Part shown: one piece after another, positions 37,484-50,719 of the stretch | How positions within the stretch are numbered: the stretch's first letter is position 1 | Layout of the letters: each line of letters begins with the position of its first letter | NCBI GenBank assembly: GCA_951406725.2 | Contig: OX597815.1 | Span: forward strand, 39,246,001-39,310,000 | Length of the DNA: 64,000 nucleotides | Source of the DNA: Octopus vulgaris | Taxonomy: Eukaryota | Direction of reading: 5' to 3' | Notes under the pieces: generated by a model | The model's input: the letters and a program-made list of their open reading frames with translations, nothing else | The model's database searches: none | What the model was told of the DNA's origin: nothing | Translations under genes and position numbers: made by a program

Positions 37484-38644
37484 TTGTTTTTTTTTTAACT
37501 TTTTTTTTCAACTTTTAAATTAAGTTTATGAAATGTTCTCATAATTGAAAATTCTCTTCCCGGTGGTTGATACAGAAATCTACTACTAATTAATTGAGCT
37601 TTCAAACTACTGTTTGTAAAAAGAACAGGATTTAGACAAACACAAAGGAAATTTTATCGTCAATGACTTAAGGCTTGTAATTACATCAGGGTATTGCGTA
37701 TAGTGTTACAGCATAGCTGCATTTGATGTTGGTAACCATGGCAACCATTTTCTGTTTGTACTCCTACTTTTAGCTACATGCATTTCTTATCCATATTTGA
37801 GTCCTTGCCACCTCTGTTACATGTAGTAGCTGTTTAGCATTCCATAGACTAAATATTCTTTCCCAATTTGTTAAGTGAACTATAAATTCTTGTCATTTAT
37901 TCTATGGCAGCAAGTTTTATCTTACTTCTAAAGGTAGAAGAAGATATTATATCTTTCTGTGTGTGAGAACAAGTAAGAAAGAAAAGAGAGAGAGATGTAT
38001 TTGATGTCTTGAATGGGCAAGAGCTCTGTTATAGGTACTTAATCTATTTATATCAAGTGAGGTATGTAGTTTTGTAATTAGGAATAAAGTTTTAGAATTA
38101 ATTAATCAAAAATATAAGAATTTTTGTTTTTTAATCACAGAAAAAATGTCATTTGCTATAATAAAAAGAATCAACCCAATTGGGAATTGAAACCAACCTG
38201 CTGACTCCACTTATCATGTACATGTGTGTGTGGGTAGGCTTGTATTTATAACCATACAATTCACACATGCACACAAATACCCATATACATACCAGCATAA
38301 ACGCATTTGCACATACCTGCACTAATTCATATACACATACCTATACAAATCCATATGTACAATCCTACACAAATACACATGCACATACATGAAACACTTA
38401 AGTACATACCAATACAAAACATACTGAAGCACATAAACACATCTGTGTGAGAGAAGGCGTTTTTTTTTTTCTTTATAAGTTTAGTGTTGGTAGTCAGACT
38501 GTTGTTGGTGCAGTAGTTCTCATGATCGCAATAATTAGAATAACAAGAGGAAATCTCTTCACATTGAAGCAGCTGCACAAAAAATTTGGAATGGAATAAA
38601 GTTCTGGAAATGGTATGGGCAAAATATTTATTAAAGAACGAGAA

Positions 38645-39051
38645 TCAGAATCAAAATCGAAATCGATCAACATCAATGGAAATTGTAGCTGTGATACCAG
38701 TGCCGGTGGCACGTAAGTGAACCATCCGAACGTGGCCGTTGCCAGCGCCACCCCGACTGGCCTCCCTGCCGGTGGCACGTAACCAGCACCATCCGATCCT
38801 GGCCGTTGCCAGTGCTGCCTCAACTGGCCCCCGTGTCGGTGGCACGTAAAAAGCACCATCCGACCGTGGCTGTTTGCCAGCCCCGTCTGGCACGTAAAAA
38901 GCACCCACTACTCTCACTGAGTGGTTGGCGTTAGGAAGAGCATCCAGCCGTAGAAACATTGCCAGATCAGACTGCGCCTGATGCAGCCTTCTGGCTTCCC
39001 AGACCCCAGTTGAACCGTCCAACCCATGCTAACATGGAAAGCGGACGCTAA

Positions 39052-39081
<30 letters not shown>
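38645..39081 (+). mobile_element. RTE 3'UTR copy with tandem units and (ATG)n tail
   Basis: About four gtgccggtggcacgtaa units, then aagcacccactac...ggaagagcatccagc and a tail. Confidence 0.85.
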
Positions 39082-39083
<2 letters not shown>

Positions 39084-39424
39084 AGAGAACAGAGTTCAAA
39101 AGACGCAAGTAAATTGCGCAGATTTTGCTTTGGATGACAAAGTTGGTGGGCTGTGAGTAAAAGAGTCCCTATTACTTGTTGATGTTTAGTTCCAGAGAAG
39201 TCCTTTGGCAAAATATCTGAGTTGTGGAGAAAAGATTGATGAAATCATTTTTATTCTTATTTACATTAACAATAGTTTAAGAACCTTAAATTGCTTGAAA
39301 GGCATATCCTTACATACTTTGTCATAAAATTCTGATTGGTTAGATAACAATGTTCAAATCTATAGAAACATCTGATGCAACTTTTTCATTTTTGGTATCA
39401 TGTAACAACAACAATAATGACAAT

Positions 39425-40135
39425 AACAGTAAGGGCTTCAAATTTTGGCACAGGACCAGCAGTTTTTGAGGAGAAGGGTGGTCGATCACATCAACCTCAG
39501 TACTTAACTGGTACTTATTTTATCAATTACAAAAGGATGATAGCAAAATCGATATTGGTGGAATTTGAACTCAAAACATAAAGACAAACAAAATGCAACT
39601 AAGCATGTTGCCCAGCATGCTAACAGTTCTGCCAGCTCACTGCCATCATCATCATCATCATAATAATAATAATCCTTTCTATTATAAGCACAAGGCCTGC
39701 AATTATGGGAGAGGAGCTTGTTGATTACACCAACTCCAGTGCTCAACTGGTACTTATTTTATCAGTCCCAAAAGGATGAAGTGCAATGTCAGCCTCAGCA
39801 GAGTTTGAACTCAGAATGTAAAGACTGTTGAAATGCTGCTAGGCATTTCACTTGGCACAGTAACAGTTGTCAGCTCACTGCCTTTTTAATGATGGTGGTG
39901 GTGGTGGTGGTGGTGGTGGCAGTGGCGGTGGCAACAATAATTAATAATAATTGTTTCAATTTTTGGCTCAAGGTCAACATTTGGAGCAGGGTAATCAATT
40001 ACATCAATTCCAGTGCTTGACTGTTACTATATTTTATTGACCCCAAAAGGATGAAAAGCAAAGTTGACCCCCAGCAGGATTGAAGCTCAGCATGAAATGA
40101 GCCAAATGTCTGATGTGCTATCAATTCAGCCTGCT
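39425..40135 (-). mobile_element. Three tandem diverged SINE family B-related copies
   Basis: actggtacttattttatc...aaaaggatgaa...gaatttgaactc recurs at ~39505, ~39745 and ~40020. Other old copies at ~3650-3830, 4270-4440, 10150-10350, 16840-17080, 23045-23270, 24090-24290 and 36755-36960. Confidence 0.75.
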
Positions 40136-41659
40136 GATCATCTTAATAATAATAATAATAGTAATAATAACAATTTTCTCCTTATACACACATGCCAACA
40201 ACTTCCTGAATTTCTTCTACCTTTTCCATACACTTGCTACTCAACTTTTGATACAATCAACTCCAGCACTAATTACGTCATTAAAAGAAACTTTTGACTA
40301 CATTTAATGAGCTGCCTAGCATTGGTGCTGCTGCTGCTATTTCTGTACTTCTCCCTTCTTCTATTGCACTGGTTCACTGTCATTCTGTCAGAGATCCTAC
40401 TGTATCGTTTGTGTACCTCTAAAACAAATGTATAATAATCTTTAGTTGTATTTCTCTTACAAGATAAAATCATTTGCATTTGCCTATGCTAGGTGCAGGC
40501 ATTGTTGTGTGATTGCAGCCACATGGTTTCAGGTTCAGTATCACTATGCAGTGGCCTCACATGCCATCTATTATAGATCAATGCCTTGTGAGTGAATTTC
40601 ATTGGTGGAAATTGAGTGGAAGCCTGTTTGTGTGTGTATGTGTCTTTTGTGTTTGTTGTTCCCCACTCTCACCCACGACATGCATTTAAGTCATGAGAAT
40701 GTTTCGCACGGTTCAGTCTTGGTTGAACAGAACTCTGATCAAAGTTTTTTTCAGTCCTGACTCTTCTGCTTTTTTGCCTATTTAGGATTACATTGGCCAC
40801 TGTATTCTTTATTTTGTAAGACAGTAGGGTCTGATTTGAGGGAACATAACTATTAGTTCTAGCAAGTGGGACAACCACATTGAGATTGTTCTGGGTTGTT
40901 CTATATAACTTGTTTATCCCTCTTAATACTAATCCACCTGAAATTTCCCCTAGTTCAAGACACAAATTTCCTGTTTTAACCTTTTGCTTTTTTACTCACA
41001 TTGTTTTGAAGTAATCATGCATTGTTTCAAAGCTTTGCGATTTCAGTTATGGGATCGTTTATACTGTGTATGACATTGTATAGTGGGCATGAGAAGCCAG
41101 ATATAGCCAGTATGAATATAAAACAGGTAGAATATTTGGGTCAGATGTGGCTAGTTTAAAATGCTGAAGAGTTTAAAGTGATTTAAATTATAATTTACCA
41201 TCAAAATTTCTTGTTTAATTATCTTCCAAACCCCAGCTTAATAATGACAGTTATTTTACTAAAGTCTTCATTATTTTAAAAATGAATAGAAACAAAGTGT
41301 ATTTCAAAAGAAACATGTAACAAAAGGTTATAGTTGTAGTAGTTGAAATAATTGACATCTTGCCAAAGATGTCCTTGTTTCATTTCCTGGCTGAAGATAA
41401 ATCAAACAAAAAATGTTGACATTCCAAAGACCTGCTGCATTTAAACTCAGTTAATCATCTATTTGTGCACATATTTAGCTATGTAATTGTGTTATTACTG
41501 CTGTAATTATTACATTTGTATGTAGTTGTGTAATTATTATTGTTATTTAATGTTTATTAGTTTGCCATTTCAAAGTGGCAAGAAATTTAATTGTACCATA
41601 TTCCTTCCTAGGAATATGGTTCAAAGACACCAGTTTTGCCAACATGATATGTGAGTAGT

Positions 41660-41860
41660 AGCAACGGTGGTTATTTTTTAACCCCCAGGTCAGCCCTAAT
41701 CCAGTAGAACTATGATGAAAGGCATTCCATTCATGGCCATCACATCTTTCAGACATTCAGACAATGTATCCAAGACTACATATCCCAATGCATCATCTTT
41801 TTATAAAGGCTGTGTGATTAAAGGGAGATTTCACTACTATTTCTAGCAAAATTGACCTAC
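41660..41860. repeat. Unclassified old interspersed repeat (…gggagatttggctgctatttctagc…)
   Basis: Diverged copies at ~1160-1330, 13680-13830, 18775-18950, 19300-19470, 40730-40880, 45025-45180, 46320-46510 and 52430-52630 in both orientations. Confidence 0.6.
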
Positions 41861-42255
41861 CTCATTAAGATTTCTGATATTGCAGGAGACAACAGGTCCC
41901 CAACTATATCAGAGAAAGATACAGTCAAATGAATCAAATCAGTATGTGTCTGGTTGTTAGTTCATTGACCTTGGAAGGATGAAAGTCATGACCAAGATAC
42001 AATTAAAGCGCTTTCAATCTGGCACTCTACCATATCTACCTTTCCAGTGCCTAAAAAAGAATTAATAATTTGTGCTAATAATAGCTTCTTTCTGTTCCTC
42101 TATAATGTCTTTAAGTCAGTACAACACAACCAGTGATATTTACTTGAGTGTTGTTGATTGGGAGCCAGCCTTAAATTTAATAGAATGGCCTTATCTCATG
42201 TTTTGTGCTATGTACATACATGCATGCATACATACATACATTATCATTTAATTAA

Positions 42256-42739
42256 GAGAGCACCACCATACGAGTGTGATCGTTGACAGAGCGGCTTTTC
42301 AAGTATGATAGTTACCAGCGTTGCCTTACTGGCACTTATGCCTGTGCTAGTAGGGTGCCAAGAGCACCATCCGAGTGTGATCGTTGCCAGAGCAGCCAAC
42401 TGGCTTCCATACCTGTGGCATGTAAAAGGGCACCATTCGAGTGTGATTGTTACTAACGTCGCTTCACTGGCATCTGTGTCGGTGGCACATGTAAAAAGAT
42501 TCGAGCGAGGTCATTGCCAGTACCGCCTGACTGGCCCCCGTGCCGGCAGCACGTACAAAGCACCCACTACACTCTCGGAGTGGTTGGCGTTAGGAAGGGC
42601 ATCCAGCTGTAGAAACTCTGCCAGATCAAGATTAGAGCCTAGTGCAGCCATCTGGTTCGCCAGCCCTCAGTCAAAATCGTCCAACCCATGCTAGCATGGA
42701 AAGCGGACGTTAAACGATGATGATGATGATGATGATGAT
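42256..42739 (+). mobile_element. RTE 3'UTR copy with tandem units and (ATG)n tail
   Basis: Same terminal ~170 bp as the other copies. Further copies at 19653-19815(-), 21124-21306(+), 25517-25655(+), 43543-44013(-) and 58815-59345(+). Confidence 0.85.
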
Positions 42740-43147
42740 CCAATGGGCTCAAAGATTGTTGCATGCTCCAATGTTTGCTATGACATTGTTTCTACAACTG
42801 GATCCCCTTTCTAACACCAACCACTTTACAGTATGTACTAGGTGTTTCATTTCATGTCACTAGCACTAGTGAGGCCACCATACAATTTGCCCAGAGAATA
42901 AAAATATGGCATTGCACATACATGCATACACACACACACACAGCAGAAATTTGATAGTTAAATGTTGCTGTTGAACCCTAGAGCTATTGTTCCTCTTAAG
43001 GGATTAGACTTAAAAGATACCTGAATATATATAAAAAATGGGAACTTTTCAGTATTGAATTCTCTACCTAGTGATATAAATATATAGTGTACGTTTTTAG
43101 TTGTGTAACTGTGTTTTATTTTACAATATACAATTCTCTCTCTCCCT

Positions 43148-43210
<63 letters not shown>

Positions 43211-43290
43211 TAGGATATTATCACTGTAAATATTTGATAGATGGTCACTCGAATGATAGTTCAATGTTTCTTGAACTGAGCTTCATAGAT

Positions 43291-43513
43291 TTAACCCTTT
43301 AGCATTCAAACTATTCTAGATGATGCCTGTTTATTCATATTGTTTTGAATTAATCATACGTTATTTCGTAGCTTTGAGATTTCGATGATATAGTTGTTTA
43401 TCTTTAGAAAGGCGGTATAGGGTAGATGGCAGAGGCCAGATCTGGCCAGTTTCAACATAAAACAAGTAAAATAGTTTGGCCAATTATGGCTGATTTCAAT
43501 GCTTAAGAGTTAA
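43291..43513. mobile_element. piggyBac-like MITE (TTAA-flanked, ~215 bp)
   Basis: TTAA|ccctttagcatt ... aatgcttaagag|TTAA. Related copies at 20167-20374, 20553-20765, 23281-23496, 40976-41176 and a partial one at ~4062-4245. Confidence 0.8.
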
Positions 43514-45796
43514 TATAGATTACAGTGTGCAATGGGATGGTGATCATCATCATCATCGTTTAACTCCATTTTCCATGCTAGCATGGGTTGGACTGTTCGA
43601 CCAGGGTCTGGGAAGCCAGGAGGCTGCACAAGGTTCCAGTCTGATCTGGCAGTGTTTCTACAGCTGGATGCCCTTCCTAATGCCAACCACTCCGTGAGTG
43701 TAGTGGATGCTTTTTACGTGCCAGGCGAGGCTGGCAACGGCCACGATCGGTTGGTGCTTTTACGTGCCACCAGCATGGAAGCCAGATGAGGTGGCGCTGG
43801 CAACAGCCACGTTCGGATGGTGCTTTTTACGTGCCACTGGCACAGGTATCACAACTACAATTTCCATTGATTTTTGATCGATTTCAATTTCACTTGCCTC
43901 AACAGATCTTCACAAGCAGAGTTTTGTGTTCAAATAAGGAAAGGTATGCATAAGTGGACTGGCTACATCCCTGGTAAAGGCCTCGGGTTATGGTCTCACT
44001 TATCCTGTCGGGTCAAAAATCGGAACACTGACATTAATTATCCAGAATCCTCTGGTTAGTGTTGAATTCACAATCAATATAGAAAAAAAGGAAATTTTGT
44101 AATATATTTTAGTGCAATGCTCTATTGTTTCTTTAAAAACACGGGCAACATTAATTTCATGATTAATTGCATTTTAATTATAAGTTGGTTTCTTTTGACC
44201 AAGTTCTAAACTAACTTACGTAAGGAAAAGATATAATCAACCAAAGTAGAATTTCTGATGCTTCTTCTACAGACCTTGGTCTATTGAAAAGTTATATCAG
44301 CCTAATGAGGTTTGAACTCATTACTTTGAAGAAGTGAAGTAAACCTGCTTCATCATTATCATCATTAGTGACTGATAAAGTAGGGGACAGAAACTAAGAT
44401 TATCACTGTAAATATTTGAAAGATATTCGTAAGGTAACTCAAATGATGGTTCAATGTTTCTTGAGCTGAGCTTTTATAAATTTTACACCTGTTTTCCATG
44501 CTGGCATGGGTAGGATGGTTCAACAGGATTCACTGGCTTAGAAGATCACATTTTACTATAACATCTCATTTTTGGCACAGTTTCTGATGCTGGATAACCT
44601 GTCTATAGTGTACTTGATGAGTTTTTCAAGCCACCAGCATTAGAGCCACCAGAAGGTGGCATACATGAAACAATATGCAAAGGAGGGGTGCAGGCATTAT
44701 TCTGCTATTCTAACAAGTATTTCAGCAAGTTTGCACAGGTAATCAGGTCTTCTTCAGCAGTGCATATCACCACATGTCATCTTTTGTCATCTCCTTCATC
44801 AGATGTAATATCTTGAGATTATTTTTTCATCAGCTCTTATGCAACTACCATCCTCCATCTGCATCACTCTGTCTGCTTTACTTTTATAAAAATGTTTTTT
44901 CTTAAGCATGTGGTCAATATTTGTAAAGAAAAGGTGTATAGTTGATCGGCTCAACTGCAGTATAATTAGCATTTAATTCATTGACCTCCAGAAAGATGAA
45001 TGCTAATATCTGCTGACCAATAAGAGAACCTGCTTGAAATAGCTGCTGAATTTCCCCTCAAATCAGCCCTTTACCATTTTGAAAAAGGGAAGACAGTTTT
45101 TTATAATCTTAGATACTCCTAAGAAAGGTTGGTCATAGCTCTGCTTGATCCGGGTTATCCTGGGATTTATGAACAACAGTGTCTATTGTAGTAAGAGTTG
45201 AACCCAGAATCTTGAATGATAAATTGAATTCTTGTACAAACTAATCTTAATAATCTCTATATGATAGTAGCTTACATAGATGTTGATTGGTTGATTCTGC
45301 CAGTCACACATTATGTTATATAGAAAAAGGAGGCAGAGTGAGTTAAACAGAGATACAGAGAGAGAGAGAGCATTATGATAAGCAGTGCCAGATAAGTGGA
45401 GAGAAAGGATTATAGAGACAGGAGGGGGAGAGAATAAATGACCAGAGGAGTTTTACAAATAAGAACTTTTGTTTCGTTTAATTTTTAGGTAATATTTTGC
45501 TTTTGAAAATTAGTATTCATTTCATCATTTTGTATTAGAACCAAAAACTTTAATAAAAGATTACAATTATTGTGTATGTCTGCCATATTTCTAATATTAC
45601 CCATGGTGGAAAAGTATACTTCCAGAGTTATCCATCATATGATGAGTAACACTCTAATTTGATTTGTAATAAGAATAATATCTTATTAAATAATTAATGA
45701 GAGTAGTTTTTTTTTTGGGGGGGGGGTTAGGTTTTGTGTTTTTATGTTATTCCACCAGACAAAACTTTCTTAAGAAAAAAAGTTACCATACTTTAT

Positions 45797-46175
45797 AGGC
45801 ACAGGAGCGGCTGTGTGGTAAGAAGCTTGCTTACCAACCACATGGTTCCGGGTTCGGTCCCACTGCGTGGCACCTTGGGCAAGTGTCTTCTACTATAGCC
45901 TCGTGTCGACCAAAGCCTTGTGAGTGGATTTGGTAGACGGAAACTGAAAGAAGCCCATTGTATATATGTGTGTGTGTGTGTGTGTCTCCACCCCCCAACA
46001 TCGCTTGACAACCGATGGTGGTGTGTTTACGTCCCCGTAACTTAGAGTTTCAGCAAAAGAGACCAATAGAATAAGCACTAGGCTTACAAAGAATAAGTCC
46101 TGGGGTCGATTTGCTCGACTAAATGTGGTACTCCAGCATGGCCACAGTCAAATGACTGAAACAAGTAAAAGAGTA
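45797..46175 (+). mobile_element. SINE family A
   Basis: Same consensus, full-length. Confidence 0.9.
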
Positions 46176-48557
46176 TACTAATTGACCTATTCTTGAGAAA
46201 AAAATTACTGTATTAATTTATTGACATGTTTAAGAAATAGGTTTACAAGTATCCATTAGGCATCTTTTAATGAAATATGCTTCTTCTCAGATATACATAC
46301 TCCTCAACCAAGGAAAGAACCTCCCTGTGGTCACTGAACACACTTCAATTAGCAATCAAATTTACCTCAAGTTACACTCCACTGCCTTGAAAAAGGAGTG
46401 ACATGCTGAAAAATGTTGTCCTCGACATACAAATTACCAAGACAATCTCTTCTGAAAGGCATTTTGACCATAGGTCTATCTGCTCAGAGCTGACCTGGGA
46501 CTAAACTACAACACATTCTTTGTTAGAATTTATCATTCATTAAATAATGCATTTTATTTTGTTATCGTTTAGTCTTTAGGTTAGCCATAATCATGCAGAT
46601 TTGATCAGTTATTCTAGCTGTGATCATCTTTTTTTTTTTGTTTTTGTTTTTTAAGGATGCTTCTATATCTACCTCATAATATCACTAACATTCCACCCCC
46701 TCTCTCATCTTTGTTACTCATATTTCTCACTCATTTTCACATATACTTAAGAGACCTCATCAGAAACTACAGATGTACCATATACATATCACCTATACCC
46801 ATCCCTGACTGTTTTGTGTCAATCTCCTTTATTCACCCTCAACATTTTATCCGTCTCTTGCTATCCATCACTCCTACCCTATCTAATGCTAGTGTCGCAA
46901 TAAAATGCACCCAGTGCACTTTGTTAATTATGAGTTCAAAAGATCTCTTTTAGTCTTGTCAAAGGTATGACTCCCTCCCTAGTTCAGGTGTGTCAAAAGA
47001 ATTCAAACCATAATTGCCAGAAAAAAACAAAACCAAAAATTAACTTATGAGTAAGATATGGTCTTGACCCACCTGAGAGAGTCATCCAACCCATGCCAAC
47101 ATAGAAAGCAGACGTAATGTGATAATGGTGAAGGACCATCTTGGTAAATATATAAATTTACTTATAGCATTATTTCATGCAGGTATTCATATGAATACTA
47201 ATATTTCATTGTATGTGGTGAAGTGGTAGGAATACAGATGGAAAATCTTGAGCATTTGTATTCTTACTTCTGCTTCAGACCCACTGAATGTGAGTAGTAT
47301 CCACATGACACCTGCATGAAACCATGAAATGGACTTAAACCAAATAGTTATCTGCTTATCTACCTACCACACACACACACATCCGAAAATAATATCTGAG
47401 GTACATTGAAATAGATTCAACAAAAGATATTTTTCTCCACATTCGTTGTTCATACCTTAATCCTATAATTTTCTATCTTTTATGTTTATCTCAAGATATA
47501 TTGTGTTGTTTCATCCAGGCATATAACATACTAATTAACTAACAGCAGTACAACTTGTGTGTATGTGCATGCATGCATGTATGTATGTGTGTGTGTGAGT
47601 GTGTGTGTGTGTGTGTGCGCGTGCATAACATTAACAAGCAGTCTGTACACCAAGACAAAGTTTGTTATATTGAGTTGGTCTTAGAGAGTTGTCTGTTAAC
47701 CTTCAAGCAGGTTAATGCTTTGCCATCTTGTGAGTGGGAGAGAGAGAGAGTTTGTGTGTTCTCTATCTCACAGTTCACTACTGATACATTCAGCATCTCC
47801 TTTTCCCCTAACATCTAATTATCTTCTCTGCCTTCTTTGTCTCAAATTACCACATCAGTAACTACTCTGTTTATCTGTTCTTCCAACAGAATGAAATCTC
47901 TATAAGATCTCAATTCTCCTCCAGTTTATGTGTTTGTTTTATTTTACTGTAGTTTATTTTATGTTGTTGCTAAAATAATACAGGAAGTCAATTTACTTTC
48001 TGATATTAAATTACTTGTATATTTTATGTTTCTTTGCTCCGTTTGCTCCTCTTCATCATCTTAGGTCCATGTGCTGGTTAGTTTCAGGAATTGTTATGTG
48101 ATAAAGATGTTTGTGATGTGTGGTTGGATGAAGAAGATAGTGGGAGAGTGAAGGTAGCTTTATGTAGCCAGGTTTTAGATATGACTTTAACTCTTATGAA
48201 AATCACCCCCACCCCCCGAAGTTTTACATTTTATCAATAGCTATCTGTTGGGAGACAATAGGTTGTGTATCTACTCCTCAAAGTGTTGTTAGTTCATAGT
48301 TTGTGACCCTCATAACAGAAGACACTTAACTTTGCTCTGGTTCAGTCCATCTAGTCATACTTCTTAATTTTGCATCATTTCTTGAATGACTTTACTTTCT
48401 TTTTTATTAATATTCCTTTAATTTTATATTACAAAGGCAATTTAGTTAATTAATGCATTTTGTGAAGTATGTGTTTGATCTTTGTGTTGCATCAAATAAA
48501 ACCTAATAAGGACAATGAAAATTCAGTTAAATTTATTAAGAATAATTTGTATTTCAG

Positions 48558-48684
48558 AGACCAAGTGAAAATCAAAACCTTGGAGTTCCTCCAGATCGTT
48601 ATGCTAATACGGAGTTGATGAAAATACCAAATTTCCTTCATCTAACACCTGTCCATGTTGCCAAGCATTGTAAGGCCTTGAAAA
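48558..48684 (+). CDS. MRPS35: MRPS35 exon 4
   Basis: tttcag acceptor; [42 protein letters not shown] contains the hallmark [10 protein letters not shown]; donor A|GTAAGA, phase 1. Confidence 0.97.
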
Positions 48685-50679
48685 GTAAGACAACCATCTC
48701 TATTTATATAATGCATATAAAACAGGATTATTTTGAAAAATATCTTTTGGAAAAGAAGCTGTTTTAATTTTAATAATTACTCGAAAGATTGGCAATGATT
48801 GATACAGAGATTGCCACCTGTTTATAAATTTAGGTTTAATGTTAAATTCTGTGTAATAACCTATCTCTGATAATGCACTATATTCTTAACAAAGCGCTTG
48901 ACTTAGTGGCTACTTAAATTTACTTAGGTTTACTTAGACAAAAACGGTTGGGAATAATTTTGTGAACTTCCATGCTAAGCTCATATCTTCTGTATTATTC
49001 AGTGTTGCTTAAGTCACTGGGGTTGATCTATGTACAGTACATGCTGGGTATTTGTGAACAGACTAGTGGTTAAAAAATGGAACCAAATTAATGTTATGTG
49101 ACCTGCACCAAATTTTTATTTCTTCATTTTCCTTTCAAAATATTGACAGCATCATCTTGACATGTATGTCTGTGTATTCAAGAAGCTGCTAATATGCAAA
49201 GGAGGCCATGGCTGTGTGGTAAGAAGTTAAATTCCCAATTCCATGACCCTGGATTCAGTCCTACTGTGGGCAAGTGTCTTCTACTATGGTTCAAGGCTAA
49301 CCAAGGCTTTGTGAGTGGATTTGTTAGACAGAAACTGAAAGAAGCCCATCATGTGTGTATGTGTGTGCATCTTCATGTTTGTTCCCCACTTTGACTACTG
49401 GTGTTGTTTTGTTTATGTCTCCATAACTTAGTGGTTCAATAAAAGAGACCAATACAATACATACAAAAGTTAAAAAGATACATAATAGGGTCAATCTGTT
49501 TCTCTAAACCTGTCAAAGCAGTGTCTCAACATGGCTGTAGTCCAATGACTGAAACAAGTAAAGATCAAAGATATATTGAGTAAAATATCCCTAAGATGAC
49601 AAGGAAAGTGGACAGAATCACCTACAGGAATCCTACCTGGTTTGCTATATACCAGAAGATTAATAACCTTTACAAAAGTAATTTGACAACTTCCAGCCAT
49701 TGAAATTAGAAGCTTTAACTGGACAAACTAAAAGAAAATATATTTTGGTTAGCTTGAAACATTGAGAAATTTAAAAGTAGTTTTTTAAGTATCTGCTACC
49801 AAAATGAGTTCATATTCTGCAGCTGCCCAGTTTTTTACCCACTGTTTTGGTCTCATTGACTTAAACAAGCAGACACAAAATACAACAGTGAGGAGCCCTT
49901 TCTATCATGTAGAGTAGAGGGTAGCCTCATTAATGCTGGTCCCACTCTAAAATGCACATAGTACATTCTGTAAAATAGTTAGCAAATGAAGGGAGATGTC
50001 TTAGAATTGAAAAGGTAATTTAGTCTCATCTTGTCAAGGACATGACATTTAGTGCTGGTGTTACAATTCCATGCACTCAAAATACTATGTCAGTACTGGG
50101 AAGCCAGAGTTCATATTTGTTCCAAAGGTTTACCTCTGATTTACACCTTGTTGCACTCCAAGTCTGGACACTATTTAATATTGCAAAGAGGGTTAAGACT
50201 GAAGGTAGTGTGAATAAAGACAAAAGTCAGGGCACTTCATCCAAGAGCATTGTTGTCAATAGAAACTTAATGATTCCCATTCACAGCCAAGTGATTGGGA
50301 TTTAGTACTGGTGAGTTTCAGAAAGTATTTACAGCAAGAAGAATAGTGTTAACTAGAGATATGGAGAGAGGTCAGTGGCTCAGAAGGGAAAATATATCTT
50401 GAACTGCAATTGTGGATGGCAATTCACTCAAGTCAAAAGTCTGAGGCAGCTTAATGTAAACAATTGCTAGGATGTTATAATGGGTAAGTGGTTTAAAAGA
50501 CTTGCCTACCTGTGCAAGAATGGCAAAATATACTTTCAAATGGTGGAAGTTGTAGCAACTGGGTTGAGTATCTGCATCTGGGTTTGCATTAGATCAATTA
50601 GAATCCATTATACTCCACCATCATCCTTCTGTACAGCTAGCCATTGATCCCTCTCACCCAGGTTACTTGTTATGAACAT

Positions 50680-50719
<40 letters not shown>

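Noticed and set aside
38695-38905. CRISPR-like array of palindromic repeats with variable spacers
   Set aside because: The spacers resemble each other, the array is part of a multi-copy RTE 3'UTR, the context is a eukaryotic intron, and there are no cas genes.
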